From a virus: a stretch of DNA of 64,000 nucleotides. Location: IMG/VR virus record IMGVR_UViG_3300025137_000026, positions 12,945 to 76,944 of that record; one strand, 5' to 3'. Positions 28,594 through 39,040 of this stretch are shown here, piece after piece. A model generated the notes under the pieces. It searched no databases. It was not told the origin of the DNA and saw nothing but the letters and a program-made list of their open reading frames with translations. The number at the start of each line of letters is the position of its first letter. The stretch's first letter is position 1. The position numbers and the translations under genes were made by a program.

Positions 28594-29295
28594 TTATTTA
28601 CTTTCTATTTTTAGTTTTAGTTGATTAGGATGATCCTTGAATAGGTTTAGCATCCTTGGGTTTTCTTCATCATCAATCCATGCCGTAGCATCATAGTCGC
28701 CAATTCTTTTTATCTCCCATGCCTCCTCTTCGATAGTCTCACCGACATCCAAGCCACGTGCTATCTCAATGAGCCGATCCTTGACATAGACATTCCATTG
28801 AGCATCCCTCATCTCTTCATCGGAAGGTGAGCTATTCTCATCATGGCAGTATCCATTATCTGTTAGATGTGAGTACATATCAGAGAAGTCATCCAATCCC
28901 TCACCAATCTCGAACCATGAATCAATGCAGTTCTCGATAGTCCTCAAGGCATCCTCATACTCACGCTCTGAGTAATCTTCGTCATTAAGAATAGGATAGT
29001 TGGCAAGCGATGCTTCAATCTCTTCTGCCAACTTGTAAGCCTCAGGTATATTGATATCTACAGATAGATACTCAACCCAACCACAAGCCCAATGACCGAC
29101 GCGAGTAATATCATACTCAAGTTTTGCTTCATCAAACATCTTGATGGCACAATCCCAATTAGAATTAGATGCCAAACTAGAGTCACGATTACGACCAAGT
29201 ACCACATATAGTTCTTGGCTAGGTCTTTCACCCATGTAGTTACCCCAAGAATCCATACCACTTGGGTTTTGCATTACATCATATAGTTTATCCAT
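28594..29295 (-). CDS. Very acidic hypothetical phage protein (GHWACGWVE...YPILNDEDYSERE)
   Basis: 233 aa, GGAGG upstream. Confidence 0.65.
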   Translation of the reverse strand: MDKLYDVMQNPSGMDSWGNYMGERPSQELYVVLGRNRDSSLASNSNWDCAIKMFDEAKLEYDITRVGHWACGWVEYLSVDINIPEAYKLAEEIEASLANYPILNDEDYSEREYEDALRTIENCIDSWFEIGEGLDDFSDMYSHLTDNGYCHDENSSPSDEEMRDAQWNVYVKDRLIEIARGLDVGETIEEEAWEIKRIGDYDATAWIDDEENPRMLNLFKDHPNQLKLKIESK

Positions 29296-29299
29296 TATT

Positions 29300-29680
29300 T
29301 TATCCCTCCTCGTTGGTTATCTCAGCACCCTCATAGTATCTTGAGCCGAATACATTCTCGTATCCGTACTGCCAAAGAAGGTCTGATATTTTGTTAGGTA
29401 AGTCTCTTTTATCCCATTCATCCTTGGTGCATCCGAAGCTACTCAACAGAGACGCGAAGTCTGCCCAAGAATACTCTTCATAGATATCCATATTCTTATT
29501 ATGTTCAGTCTTTTGGAATCTATTGTACTCACTTCCATCCATAGCCACGCCATAGATAAAGATGTACTCTTCATCAGTCTCCTTCCATGCTAGTCCGTAC
29601 TCAAAGAGGGATATATCTAGGCTTGCATCGCAACCCATATAGCCCTCTGTTTTTAATTTAGTTATACTTGTATCTTCCAT
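29300..29680 (-). CDS. Acidic hypothetical phage protein
   Basis: 126 aa, TAATG coupling. Confidence 0.6.
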   Translation of the reverse strand: MEDTSITKLKTEGYMGCDASLDISLFEYGLAWKETDEEYIFIYGVAMDGSEYNRFQKTEHNKNMDIYEEYSWADFASLLSSFGCTKDEWDKRDLPNKISDLLWQYGYENVFGSRYYEGAEITNEEG

Positions 29681-30186
29681 TATTTTATTACCTTTCCTTT
29701 GTTAGATATGAGCAGACCCTTAGTGTGGTCACACTCATGTTGAAATACACGTGCTAAGTCTCCACTCATCCACGCAGTACATAAGTTCCCTCTCGTGTTG
29801 TACCAATTAGCACGAATCCTTTTGGATCGGCTTACCTTGTACTTGCCATCCAAGGATAGGCATCCCTCTGCCTTGCGAGAAATACCTCTGTGTTGATCCA
29901 CCCACGATGGATTACAGAATATAATATACTTACCTCTCTCAAAGGGATTAGCATATTCTCCACTACTACGAATAAGCATCCTTGAGCTATAGTATTCGTT
30001 ATCAATTATGAATGATGCACAATCGACACCGACTTGGTTCATAGCCAAGCCGACACCATTATTTTCCTTCATCACCTGAAAAGCTTCATCTGCCATGCCT
30101 TCCAGTACGTTTTTATCCCATTTATCCTTCCTCCAAGGACTAGACTTAGCTAAGAGGAGAGGATGATCTGAATTAATAAGGTTCAT
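29680..30186 (-). CDS. def: Peptide deformylase (probable start MNLIN at 30186)
   Basis: All three PDF motifs: GVGLAMNQVG, EGCLS, QHECDH. Confidence 0.9.
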   Translation of the reverse strand: MNLINSDHPLLLAKSSPWRKDKWDKNVLEGMADEAFQVMKENNGVGLAMNQVGVDCASFIIDNEYYSSRMLIRSSGEYANPFERGKYIIFCNPSWVDQHRGISRKAEGCLSLDGKYKVSRSKRIRANWYNTRGNLCTAWMSGDLARVFQHECDHTKGLLISNKGKVIK

Positions 30187-30674
30187 CTTCTTACTTTGTT
30201 GCGAGGCAAGTGATGCCTCATGGTTTGTGACTTTCTTGCGATGAAGTTCTGACGAACCCCAGCCCAAGTATTATTACGCTCGGTCAGTTCATGGATGAAC
30301 CAAACCAAGTACTGCTCAATGTCCCTCAATCTGAACTTCATGCTTTCCCTTTCCTTGCCCACTTTAAGCGAGTCTTCGAGTTAGGTTGCCCATGATGAGG
30401 GCGGTAAGATTTAGTCTTGCCCTTACGAATAGGAGGAACGAGTGACTCGTCCCCAACATTCATGTCGAGATGGAAGTAATCAGAGTACTGACCTCTGATC
30501 ATTCCATCGATGTGACTCAGGTTTTTGCGCTGACCATTGTATACTACTTTCATTTTATTGTATCCTAGTTATTTGGGTTACAGAAGGCCATCTAAAATGA
30601 TGGCAAGAATCCCCATGCCAAATAGCATAGGGACGAGAATGTTTGGTTTATTCAATAAAGATTCAATCATGGTC

Positions 30675-31100
30675 TTACCTAGTTTGATCGATGACTGCTC
30701 CTTTAGTGGCAACCAACTGATAGTTGATATGATCGCGCTTGGCATCACACAAAATGGTGCAACCAATGATATGGGCTAACTCCATTGCCTCGGTCATGAT
30801 GTTCTTTGCCTCTTCCTCTAAGAGATGCCTCAATTCGGCATACTCATAACCTTGTCCCATATCAGCATCCCACATATCGTGACATGCAGTGGTTATTTTC
30901 TCGTTTACCTTGATGAGTTTATTCAGAAGCCCCATGATCTTTGGCAAGGGACGTTCAGGTTCTGCAACACAGGGAAGCAGATTTGCAAGTTGGTAGAATG
31001 AATCATCCATATGTATTTTGTCTGTTTTAACGAGTAGACCTCTCGATTGAATTAATTTGTTAGTGAATGCAAGGGACGAACAAAGTATTATTTTGCTCAT
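30675..31100 (-). CDS. Hypothetical protein
   Basis: 141 aa ORF; start uncertain. Confidence 0.5.
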   Translation of the reverse strand: MSKIILCSSLAFTNKLIQSRGLLVKTDKIHMDDSFYQLANLLPCVAEPERPLPKIMGLLNKLIKVNEKITTACHDMWDADMGQGYEYAELRHLLEEEAKNIMTEAMELAHIIGCTILCDAKRDHINYQLVATKGAVIDQTR

Positions 31101-31109
31101 CTCCTAAGG

Positions 31110-31153
31110 AAAATGAAAAAGCCCTCCCAGAACGTTTAGCTCTGGAAGGGCTT
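31110..31153 (-). terminator. Rho-independent terminator
   Basis: Minus strand AAGCCCTTCCAGA-loop-TCTGGGAGGGC followed by TTTTTCATTTT. Confidence 0.7.
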
Positions 31154-32361
31154 AGTTTTGCATCGCATATGTAGCGTCAGCGAGATACGACAGCCATACA
31201 TACCGAATACGTGTTGGATACGTATAATCTACGTAGCGTACTACGTAACAAATACGTATCGATTAACGATGTGATCGCAGATATTGCACTGCGGTTAATA
31301 TGAACACCCTCTAAGGTAGCTCCCTAGTTATAGTACTAGTTACTTCACTCTTTCATGGTTAACAACTCCACTAGGCATTGAATGATACCTAAGCATTTTT
31401 TCCGTTAGTCTAACGTTCTATCCCAAAGTTGCATACGGATTACTAATCTAGACAAGTTCATTGATCCACGTAGAGACTCACGTGTATGTACCCCATTAAA
31501 TTCACATAGCGTGCTAATAGCCATGCTTCGCCCCCTTCCTCTCATCGACTACGTCCATAAGAAGTAGGTTGGGTGGGAGATTGAAATATTCGATCAATGC
31601 ACCAAATTGTAGAAATTATAGCCATGCTCCGAACATGATTCTAATATACTTATCTATACGACTGCCCTTTTTCCAACTAGTTGTAACTAGTCGAGACTTT
31701 ATCGCAATGCGGTTCGCGCATCGAACTCAATCAAAGTCTTTTCGTCCGCCCATGAGGAATTTTCCCCCACACTTGGACACCGCCATTCTTGACGCTTTGA
31801 TTAAGCTAAATTCTGTGATTGATCCTAAGAGACAATCCTTTCGGGATTGATAACACAACGAGTTGTTTCTGCCATGCTTATTCTTCTACGCGTGTCGCTA
31901 TAAGTTTATTTGCTTTGTTCTTTAATGGTACGGAGTACTAGGTTAAGTCCGACTATTTGCACCGACTTTGCAGATCGTACTAGTTTATTAAAAAACCGAT
32001 CCTTTGATGGCAAAGCCTTTGCAACATGACGCTTTCACGCTAAATCCTAAGATATACCGAACGCTACAAATTTCTGCGTCGATTGATCACAATTTATAAT
32101 TGCTACATAGATAATTTTTATTCCATTGAAATAAAAATGTTTAACTTTCAAAGAGCATCACAAGCCCCAATTTTTGGGGAACAAATCGAAAAAGTTTTAT
32201 CTCAAATTTTGAGCAATTTCGATTTGCTATGATATAAAAAGAACATGACTCACAATCATCTAAATTTTAGACTTGCGGGCTTGCCAACCGCTTAAAGCTT
32301 GTTTGCTATTCTCTTTGCCTTTGCCTAGTCCAACGCTAGGCAAAGGACATCTTCGCAGCGC

Positions 32362-32991
32362 TTAGCTATTTTCGAGCGCTTCGAGCCGTGCCATTAGATC
32401 GGCGTTGGCTTGTTGCAATTCGTCAATCTTTTGTTGCGCACTTCTATTGTTAGCCATGTCATGATTTTTGTGGGTAACTTTTTTCAGTCGCTGATATTTT
32501 GCGACTGACTCGCCATTATTTTTTACCTTCATTCCTGTAAGGATTAATCCTTCTCTTTCCTCAATTTCCGCTCTGTAGGCGTTGGCTAAGTTTTTAAGAT
32601 AGTTAACGCCATTGTAGAATCCATTTATATATCTATTCTTTACTGATAGCGTTAAACGTTTTCCACCGCCGTTCTTTGGTTCTTTGCCAAACTCGTTAGC
32701 TAGCTCTTCATTTAGCGCTTTGCCGATTTCAGTCGGCGTGAGGTTTTTCAATTTTGGCTCAATCTTTCGAAAGGCATCCCAATGATAATTCGCGCTTGTA
32801 TCTTTGTTTTCAATTTCAGTAACTTGCTCATTAGTTAGGCAATTTAGATTCGAGAATTTAATCTCATAGCCAACTTGATTGCCTCCACTTTGAACTAACG
32901 TTTCCTTGTTAGTTGTAACTTTACTCAGTAACATTGTAGTAGTAAAGCCATTGGTTTGACTTTGTTTATTTTCTTGGATTGTAAGGCTCAT
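32362..32991 (-). CDS. Hypothetical protein, first gene of the minus-strand arm (probable start MSLTI at 32991)
   Basis: ORF track 32362..33081; A-rich leader before internal ATG; hairpin 32318-32346 follows the stop. Confidence 0.6.
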   Translation of the reverse strand: MSLTIQENKQSQTNGFTTTMLLSKVTTNKETLVQSGGNQVGYEIKFSNLNCLTNEQVTEIENKDTSANYHWDAFRKIEPKLKNLTPTEIGKALNEELANEFGKEPKNGGGKRLTLSVKNRYINGFYNGVNYLKNLANAYRAEIEEREGLILTGMKVKNNGESVAKYQRLKKVTHKNHDMANNRSAQQKIDELQQANADLMARLEALENS

Positions 32992-33246
32992 AACTTTTAT
33001 ATTTTGATTTGATTTGGTTATTGTTGATATACATAAGTGTACACTAAGGATATTGCCACAAGCAAAAGCTTTGCCTATCAATGACTTATGTAATATGTGT
33101 TACCTTATGCCCATAAGGTTACAAAGGGGGGCTTGGGGGGGAGCCGGGCCGGCCTGTATATTATATATATGCACCGTTTCTGAACTTTCCTTATTCCAGC
33201 ACAATCCGACTTGCAGCTTTGTTAGTTACCAAGTAATATAAGTTAC

Positions 33247-35310
33247 ATGCAAATAAAAGCGGACAGTGGAGGAGGTCATTACGATGGAGTTACTGCATAT
33301 GAGCCACGAGATATGTTTAAAGACACTTGGGCTGGTAGAACCTTTGGAGGTGATGGTAATTATAATTTCGCTGAAACCTTAAGTGCCAATCAAAATCTAT
33401 TTAGGGACTATAATGTACCTAAACAAAACTACATCCTTGATCCTAGTGTGCAGGAGGGTTTGTTTGGGGAACAGCCGGATACATTTAACTGGCTAGATGG
33501 TGTACTTAACAGTGAGGGGGGATATGACTCTAGTTGGTGGGAAAACAACTTTAATAAAGAAGAAGATTTCATAAATACTGATTTTTTTGACCCTGCACTA
33601 GGTTATACTAACGAAGAAGCAGCAATGCTTGAGGACATAACCTCTATTAATCCGAACGAGAAGAATTATTTAGATGATTACGGATTAATTAGCTACAATG
33701 ATGATGGTACAGTCAATGCCCTTGATACAAATGAGGCTATAGCTAAGTTAACTGAAGCGGCAAACAACACTGATCTGTCTGCATACGAACGTAAGGAAAT
33801 TTTAGACCTTGCGGGTCAACTTTCAGCCGCTGCGGATGCAGATTTGGACAGATTTGACTTAACTACTCCTGATGAATCGTATGGAGTATACGATACTCAA
33901 TATATTGAGGATTATAGCACTCCTGATTTACCTATTGGCGCATATCCGTATGAAACCATGGGAGGTACAGTTTATGCTGATCCTACTTCACCTGAATACA
34001 TTCCCCAGGGGGCATATGTTGCTGGGCCTAATGGTAAAGTGCCGTTCTTGGGTAGTATGGCTAGTAATTACCTTGGTTCTGTTGGTGCTAATGGTTATGT
34101 GTCGGATCCTGCTACTAATGGTGGCTATGTTTTTCCCCAGCAGACACAGACAATGGGACAGGCAATGAATTACCAAACCCCAGAAGGTTTTGTTTCTCAG
34201 AATCCCTTGACTGCTGGTGATCTTGCCCGTTCTCCAATGCTAAGTAAAATTGCAGCAGATAAATACGGAACAAATAGTAGGGGAGAGCCTAATCAGATGA
34301 TTCCTGGGCAGAGGTACACACCTCAACCTACTATGGCATCTCGTGTTGATGACTTCACAGATGGTGTAAGAAATATTGGAGGTATGCTTCTAAAGCCGTT
34401 AAACTGGACAACTGACTTGATTGGTGGGGGTCTTAGTTCAGTTGGTCAAATGGTTGGAGATAACAAAATAGGTAATGGCATTCTGAATTTTGGAAATTTA
34501 GTGGATGGCACTGGGGATTATTTATTTGGAGATAGTAACAAAACTAGTTTACTTGGAAACGTATTGAGTATGCCTGACTCTTTAGCTAGAGTGGGTCAGG
34601 GCTTAGCATATGGCGATATGGATATGGCTAAGAGTAGTGCTTTAGGGTTATTGGGCGCACCACTTAATATATTAGGTAACTTAGCCAGTCCATTAGTTAG
34701 TGGTCTTGTGGATGTTGCCGGAATTGATGAACTTAGGTTAAGTGTCGGAGGCAAGGGTGGATCAGGGAACAGAGGACAAAGAAAAGGTTCTAGTAGTACT
34801 AAAGCACGTAAGAGCATACCAATCAGAAACACTGGTAAAATAGATAAAGGCAGTAATTCATCGAAATCTAACATACCAACAGGCAAGGGAAGTGGAGGAA
34901 GTATCAGTGAGGGTGGCTCACAATATGATTTAACTGAATCAGATGGTAGGGATAGTTATGCTGAGGAATTTGGTGAGGATGCATTAGCTAGAAGACTAAA
35001 AGACTTAAACATAGTCGGAGGTGGTTCTGGATTGGGTCAAAATACACCTGCTTTTAAATCATCTGATGCTGATAAGAGTAATTTGGTTTCATCCATTGCT
35101 CAGAACCAAGGAAATCCAAGTGGTGTAAGAAGAGCTGCTTCACCAAAGGTCTATGATCATATAGACACTATTGCTGGTGCCGGCCCGCAAGTTGATCAAG
35201 ACTCGGCATCTAGTAATGTTGCATTTCAAGGTGAGCGAGAAGATATATTTAAAGAACCTGAAGAAACAGCCGAATTTGAGTACAAGAAAGGCGACAAAGC
35301 CTTTGCATGA
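33247..35310 (+). CDS. Hypothetical protein (acidic N-terminus, Gly-rich amphipathic region; possible injected protein)
   Basis: 687 aa; ATG abuts the 22-bp motif. Confidence 0.6.
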   Translation: MQIKADSGGGHYDGVTAYEPRDMFKDTWAGRTFGGDGNYNFAETLSANQNLFRDYNVPKQNYILDPSVQEGLFGEQPDTFNWLDGVLNSEGGYDSSWWENNFNKEEDFINTDFFDPALGYTNEEAAMLEDITSINPNEKNYLDDYGLISYNDDGTVNALDTNEAIAKLTEAANNTDLSAYERKEILDLAGQLSAAADADLDRFDLTTPDESYGVYDTQYIEDYSTPDLPIGAYPYETMGGTVYADPTSPEYIPQGAYVAGPNGKVPFLGSMASNYLGSVGANGYVSDPATNGGYVFPQQTQTMGQAMNYQTPEGFVSQNPLTAGDLARSPMLSKIAADKYGTNSRGEPNQMIPGQRYTPQPTMASRVDDFTDGVRNIGGMLLKPLNWTTDLIGGGLSSVGQMVGDNKIGNGILNFGNLVDGTGDYLFGDSNKTSLLGNVLSMPDSLARVGQGLAYGDMDMAKSSALGLLGAPLNILGNLASPLVSGLVDVAGIDELRLSVGGKGGSGNRGQRKGSSSTKARKSIPIRNTGKIDKGSNSSKSNIPTGKGSGGSISEGGSQYDLTESDGRDSYAEEFGEDALARRLKDLNIVGGGSGLGQNTPAFKSSDADKSNLVSSIAQNQGNPSGVRRAASPKVYDHIDTIAGAGPQVDQDSASSNVAFQGEREDIFKEPEETAEFEYKKGDKAFA

Positions 35311-35684
35311 AGCGCATAAAAGAGTTTATTAGGGTGTTTCGTATAGAAAACCCAAGCCTACTGGCTACTTATCGTATATTTTTAGGTATATCCAAGGTTT
35401 TGCCCTATATATCATTCAAATCAGCCGAAGACATCAATGAATGGAAGAGAAGGTTCAAGATATGCCTTAAATGCCCGATATATGATGCAGAATTAAAAAG
35501 ATGCCGACCATTTAACGGATCGGGTAGGGGATGTGGGTGCTATGTACCTTTTAGTAATATAATTTATGACAAATGCTGGGGAAGAAACTATTATGGAAGA
35601 CCATTCGGATGGGGAGCTTCGGATAAGCTCAAAAGGATTAAGCGTATTCGTAGAGGAAGAAGAAATCCAATTCTCGGAAGATAA
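35307..35684 (+). CDS. Cys-rich putative Zn-binding protein
   Basis: CLKCP...RC...CGC...KC. Confidence 0.55.
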   Translation: MKRIKEFIRVFRIENPSLLATYRIFLGISKVLPYISFKSAEDINEWKRRFKICLKCPIYDAELKRCRPFNGSGRGCGCYVPFSNIIYDKCWGRNYYGRPFGWGASDKLKRIKRIRRGRRNPILGR

Positions 35685-35746
35685 ATGGAATAACGCATCA
35701 GGAGGTTTTAATACCTTAGAAGAAGCAGTAAGGGAGGCTATGGCTC

Positions 35747-36016
35747 GTGCGAGGAGTTAAAGCCCCTAGTTACATCCGTGAGTTCAGAGCAGTTCCTGAG
35801 GGGGACGGGGTGGCAGTAAAGTACTTCTCTGAGATAATGGGTTATCAAAATATCGGATTAAAATTAAGTAAGACTGGCAAATTACCAGATTTTTCAAGAA
35901 AGGCCGACAACCAGGGTGACGCTCTAGTATTATTAGGGCAATGGAACAAGTGGCTAAAGGAAGAGTCCATACATTCATCTGGGACTCGGAAGAAACGTAC
36001 ATCGAGGCAAAGGTAA
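35747..36016 (+). CDS. Hypothetical protein
   Basis: 89 aa, GGAGG upstream. Confidence 0.45.
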   Translation: MRGVKAPSYIREFRAVPEGDGVAVKYFSEIMGYQNIGLKLSKTGKLPDFSRKADNQGDALVLLGQWNKWLKEESIHSSGTRKKRTSRQR

Positions 36017-36134
36017 ACGCTGAAACCTTTGACTGGAGAACTTTTTGGTATTTTTACGAAATCAGCGTTGAGCATGCTTTAGCAGTCATGCCACAAATAA
36101 TTAGCGTATTAGATTTACACTATATTGAAGAAGA

Positions 36135-36449
36135 ATGAAAAGAACTCCTCTAAAAAGAAAGACTCCTATGAAAAGAGTGTCGAAGAAGAGACAGCAGGAA
36201 TCAAAAGAATACTCGAGACTGCGAAAGAACTTCCTACAGGAATTGCCGTACTGCGAGGTCTGTGCAAAATCAAAAAGTACAGACATACATCACCGAAAGG
36301 GAAGAGGTAAGTATTATCTGGATGTGGAGAGTTGGCTTTCTACGTGCCGAAGTTGCCACGACCGGATTCACAGGAATCCGATTTGGGCTAGAGAAAAAGG
36401 TTTTCTGCTAGAGCCTAGCGACAAGGTAGAAACAAATAGTAAGAGTTAA
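36135..36449 (+). CDS. HNH endonuclease
   Basis: MKRTPLKRKTP, CEVC, DIHH, CRSCHDRIH. Confidence 0.85.
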   Translation: MKRTPLKRKTPMKRVSKKRQQESKEYSRLRKNFLQELPYCEVCAKSKSTDIHHRKGRGKYYLDVESWLSTCRSCHDRIHRNPIWAREKGFLLEPSDKVETNSKS

Positions 36450-36631
36450 GACGGTGATAACCATTAAGTCATAATTCATCGTCTTCACAGTTATTAAACT
36501 CTGGTTTTAATTTAACCAGTTCCTCACGAATCTCCTTTGCTTTTCTACGAGCATCGGTTTCGATGTCCGTGATTAAGCGAAGGTAATTCGCAAGAGCAAC
36601 AACTCGCTCCTGTATAGTTTCCCCTGGCGCA

Positions 36632-37141
36632 TCAACTGCATAAGTTGCTACGTTCATGATTGGGCATTGGTTTTAACTCTTTGATAGTTAAAGCATAAAC
36701 CAAAGACCTTAATGTTAGCAAGTTTTTTGGGTTACAAATGTCTTCTTTTTTAGCAAACCCACGAAAGATATAATATGGTAGTTTGCCAGTAGCTAAGACA
36801 TAGGAGTCACATACTTTCTTATCTTCCATTTTATATGGAGGTACAATTAAACGAGCATTGTCATAGTCAGATTGCTTAACATCTATTGTTTTACCTTTAA
36901 TTACGAAGTCGGCAGAGCCGCTCCTCGGATGAACATCCATGGGTGGGTAAAGATTATATATCTTTGCAAATGCAAATTCTGCACCAATGCCTTCAATATC
37001 CCTCTGGAGAGGGTCTTCTTTAGCTACCAGCTTGTCTGTAACACCCTTGGAGCGGTTCTGCCTTCGTCTAGCATCACCAAGGTATCTCACGACTTCGCAC
37101 TCCTCCCTACTGAGATTTACCTTGATTTGACCATTCATCAA
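36632..37141 (-). CDS. Putative PD-(D/E)XK-fold nuclease-like protein
   Basis: GIGAE...ADF....KTIDVK. Confidence 0.55.
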   Translation of the reverse strand: MMNGQIKVNLSREECEVVRYLGDARRRQNRSKGVTDKLVAKEDPLQRDIEGIGAEFAFAKIYNLYPPMDVHPRSGSADFVIKGKTIDVKQSDYDNARLIVPPYKMEDKKVCDSYVLATGKLPYYIFRGFAKKEDICNPKNLLTLRSLVYALTIKELKPMPNHERSNLCS

Positions 37142-37317
37142 CCAATAACGCCATTTTTCTTAAGCAAGTCCCTCATGAACCGCGAAACACTTTTCCTTTT
37201 CCTGTGGGCATAATTAATTAACTCCTTCTTTTGATCCTTCGTCATGCTAATACTTAGCTGACTGGTCCTGGGGAGTTTTTGACCCTCGCAAAAATCTGTG
37301 GATTTGTACCGTGCCAT
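37138..37317 (-). CDS. 59-aa ribbon-helix-helix-like DNA-binding protein (not in ORF track)
   Basis: QLSISMTKDQKKELINYAHRKRKSVSRFMRDLL. Confidence 0.55.
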   Translation of the reverse strand: MARYKSTDFCEGQKLPRTSQLSISMTKDQKKELINYAHRKRKSVSRFMRDLLKKNGVIG

Positions 37318-37618
37318 CAGCTTGCAAGTAAATAACTAGCTGCCATAACCAAGCCTAGGCATAACAAAATAAACATCCAATCTTTTGTTACTTCATTCAT
37401 ATTTTATTTTTTCTATATACTTTCTGGGAATCGCTTTATACTCCACGCTTCATTTAGTTCTGATATATCTATTTTAACTATTGGGATGCCACCTAACTCC
37501 ATTAAGTATTCCCTCGCCTCAGCCTTAGTCTGGAAGAAGGCTTTAGTAACACCCCACTCGCTTATCAACTCCCAAGCTCCTCTATTCGGCCCTAAACCTT
37601 TCCTGTACTTTATCGTGA

Positions 37619-38152
37619 TCATATTATAATCTCCTTATCTATATGCTCTTCCGGCAGTCCATCCTCGGAACAATGATTGTCCTCCTTGGTTGAATAACCT
37701 TTTCGTTTTAACTTCCAAACCTCTCCACCTAGCTCATGGATCATTTCTGCTTCATTCTTGAATCGAATATCATCAATGATTACTCGTGCGTCTACTAGTC
37801 CAGTAGCTTCGTAAGCCTTGAGCCTTCTGTTTGCTTCAACCTTGGCAATGTTAACCCAAATTAATGGGTGACACTCCCTTCCAAACTCAGTCCCAAGTCG
37901 TTGCATTAATACTCTCGATGTAATTCCATCAGGAAACCCAGGTATCTGCTTTTCCTTTTCCTCGTAGATGTAAATTCTAGGAACTATGAGTTCAAGCATC
38001 TGCTTGATTGGCGTTGCTAAACTTAGAATTTCTCCCCCAATTTGTTGGGCAAAGGTGGTCTTGCCCATGCCCTTAGGTGCTGTAAGCCCAATCAATCTTG
38101 GGAAGGCAAATTCTGGCGAATTAATGTCTTCACTGTACGTAAGTGTCTGCAT
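37619..38152 (-). CDS. Deoxynucleoside monophosphate kinase
   Basis: IGLTAPKGMGKTT P-loop, RVLMQRLGTEFGR, IIDDIRFKNEA. Confidence 0.85.
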   Translation of the reverse strand: MQTLTYSEDINSPEFAFPRLIGLTAPKGMGKTTFAQQIGGEILSLATPIKQMLELIVPRIYIYEEKEKQIPGFPDGITSRVLMQRLGTEFGRECHPLIWVNIAKVEANRRLKAYEATGLVDARVIIDDIRFKNEAEMIHELGGEVWKLKRKGYSTKEDNHCSEDGLPEEHIDKEIII

Positions 38153-38334
38153 TGTTTTAATGGTTTTTTTCCTTTTTTTAATTGTGGCCCCATCTTAAAG
38201 GTAAAGTATTCACATGAGCATTCCCCATAGCCGTCATACTCGTCTAAATCGACAAGGTGGACATTCTCAGGATTCGATAAACTAGTTAGCAAAAATCTTT
38301 TTGCCTCTAGGTATTGAATCTCGAATTTCTTCAC
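38092..38334 (-). CDS. SWIM-type zinc finger protein
   Basis: CSCEYF...CRH. Confidence 0.65.
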   Translation of the reverse strand: MKKFEIQYLEAKRFLLTSLSNPENVHLVDLDEYDGYGECSCEYFTFKMGPQLKKGKKPLKQCRHLRTVKTLIRQNLPSQD

Positions 38335-39040
38335 AGGGAATATTCATGCTTCCATACATTTGGTCTTTCTCTAGGAATGCCAGTGCCTATCCGTTTTCCG
38401 TCTTCTGTGAACCCACACACTTGATCTTTTCTCCAGAATCTCTCAAACCCTTCCTCAACTGCAATTTTTAAGCTAGCCATCTCATCTTTCCAAGGGTTGT
38501 AATCAAGCTGGGAGAGGAGAAAATCGTCTCCTCCCCCATGCTCAAGTGAATATTCTTTCCTATCGTCTTTCAACAATCTGTTGAAGGCTTGCTGGCTGGG
38601 ATCGGAGTTAGAATTATTCCGACTCACCACCTTGAGCCTGAAGCTTTTGCTTAAGCTCAAGATTCTCGAGGCGGAGAGCTATAGTCTCTACCCTTTCCAG
38701 TATTTGCTCCATTCGTTGTATGCCCTCTTGGCGAGACATTGCGTTATTGGCAACTACGTTGATCTTTTCTTCAGCGCTCATTGCTTCCCATTTTGCTTTA
38801 GCTTCATCCTCTTCAGGATTAGCTACTTCTTCTTTTTTTTCTTCGCTCATATAGTTTGTGCGTTTTTTATCAGTTGGTAAACTTTTGACATCGGCATTGT
38901 AACCTTGGCTTTCGCAGTTCGACCCTTCGGCTTAAATTCAATCTCATTAGTTTCAGAGTTTAATGTGACAATCAGGAGACGCCCGTTTCCGTCATCAACG
39001 GACGTCTCCCTGCAAATGTTCTTCAGTAACTTAGTTGCCA

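Noticed and set aside
31569-31850. 93-aa plus-strand ORF in the non-coding region
   Set aside because: TTG start, opposite to local gene direction, no recognisable features
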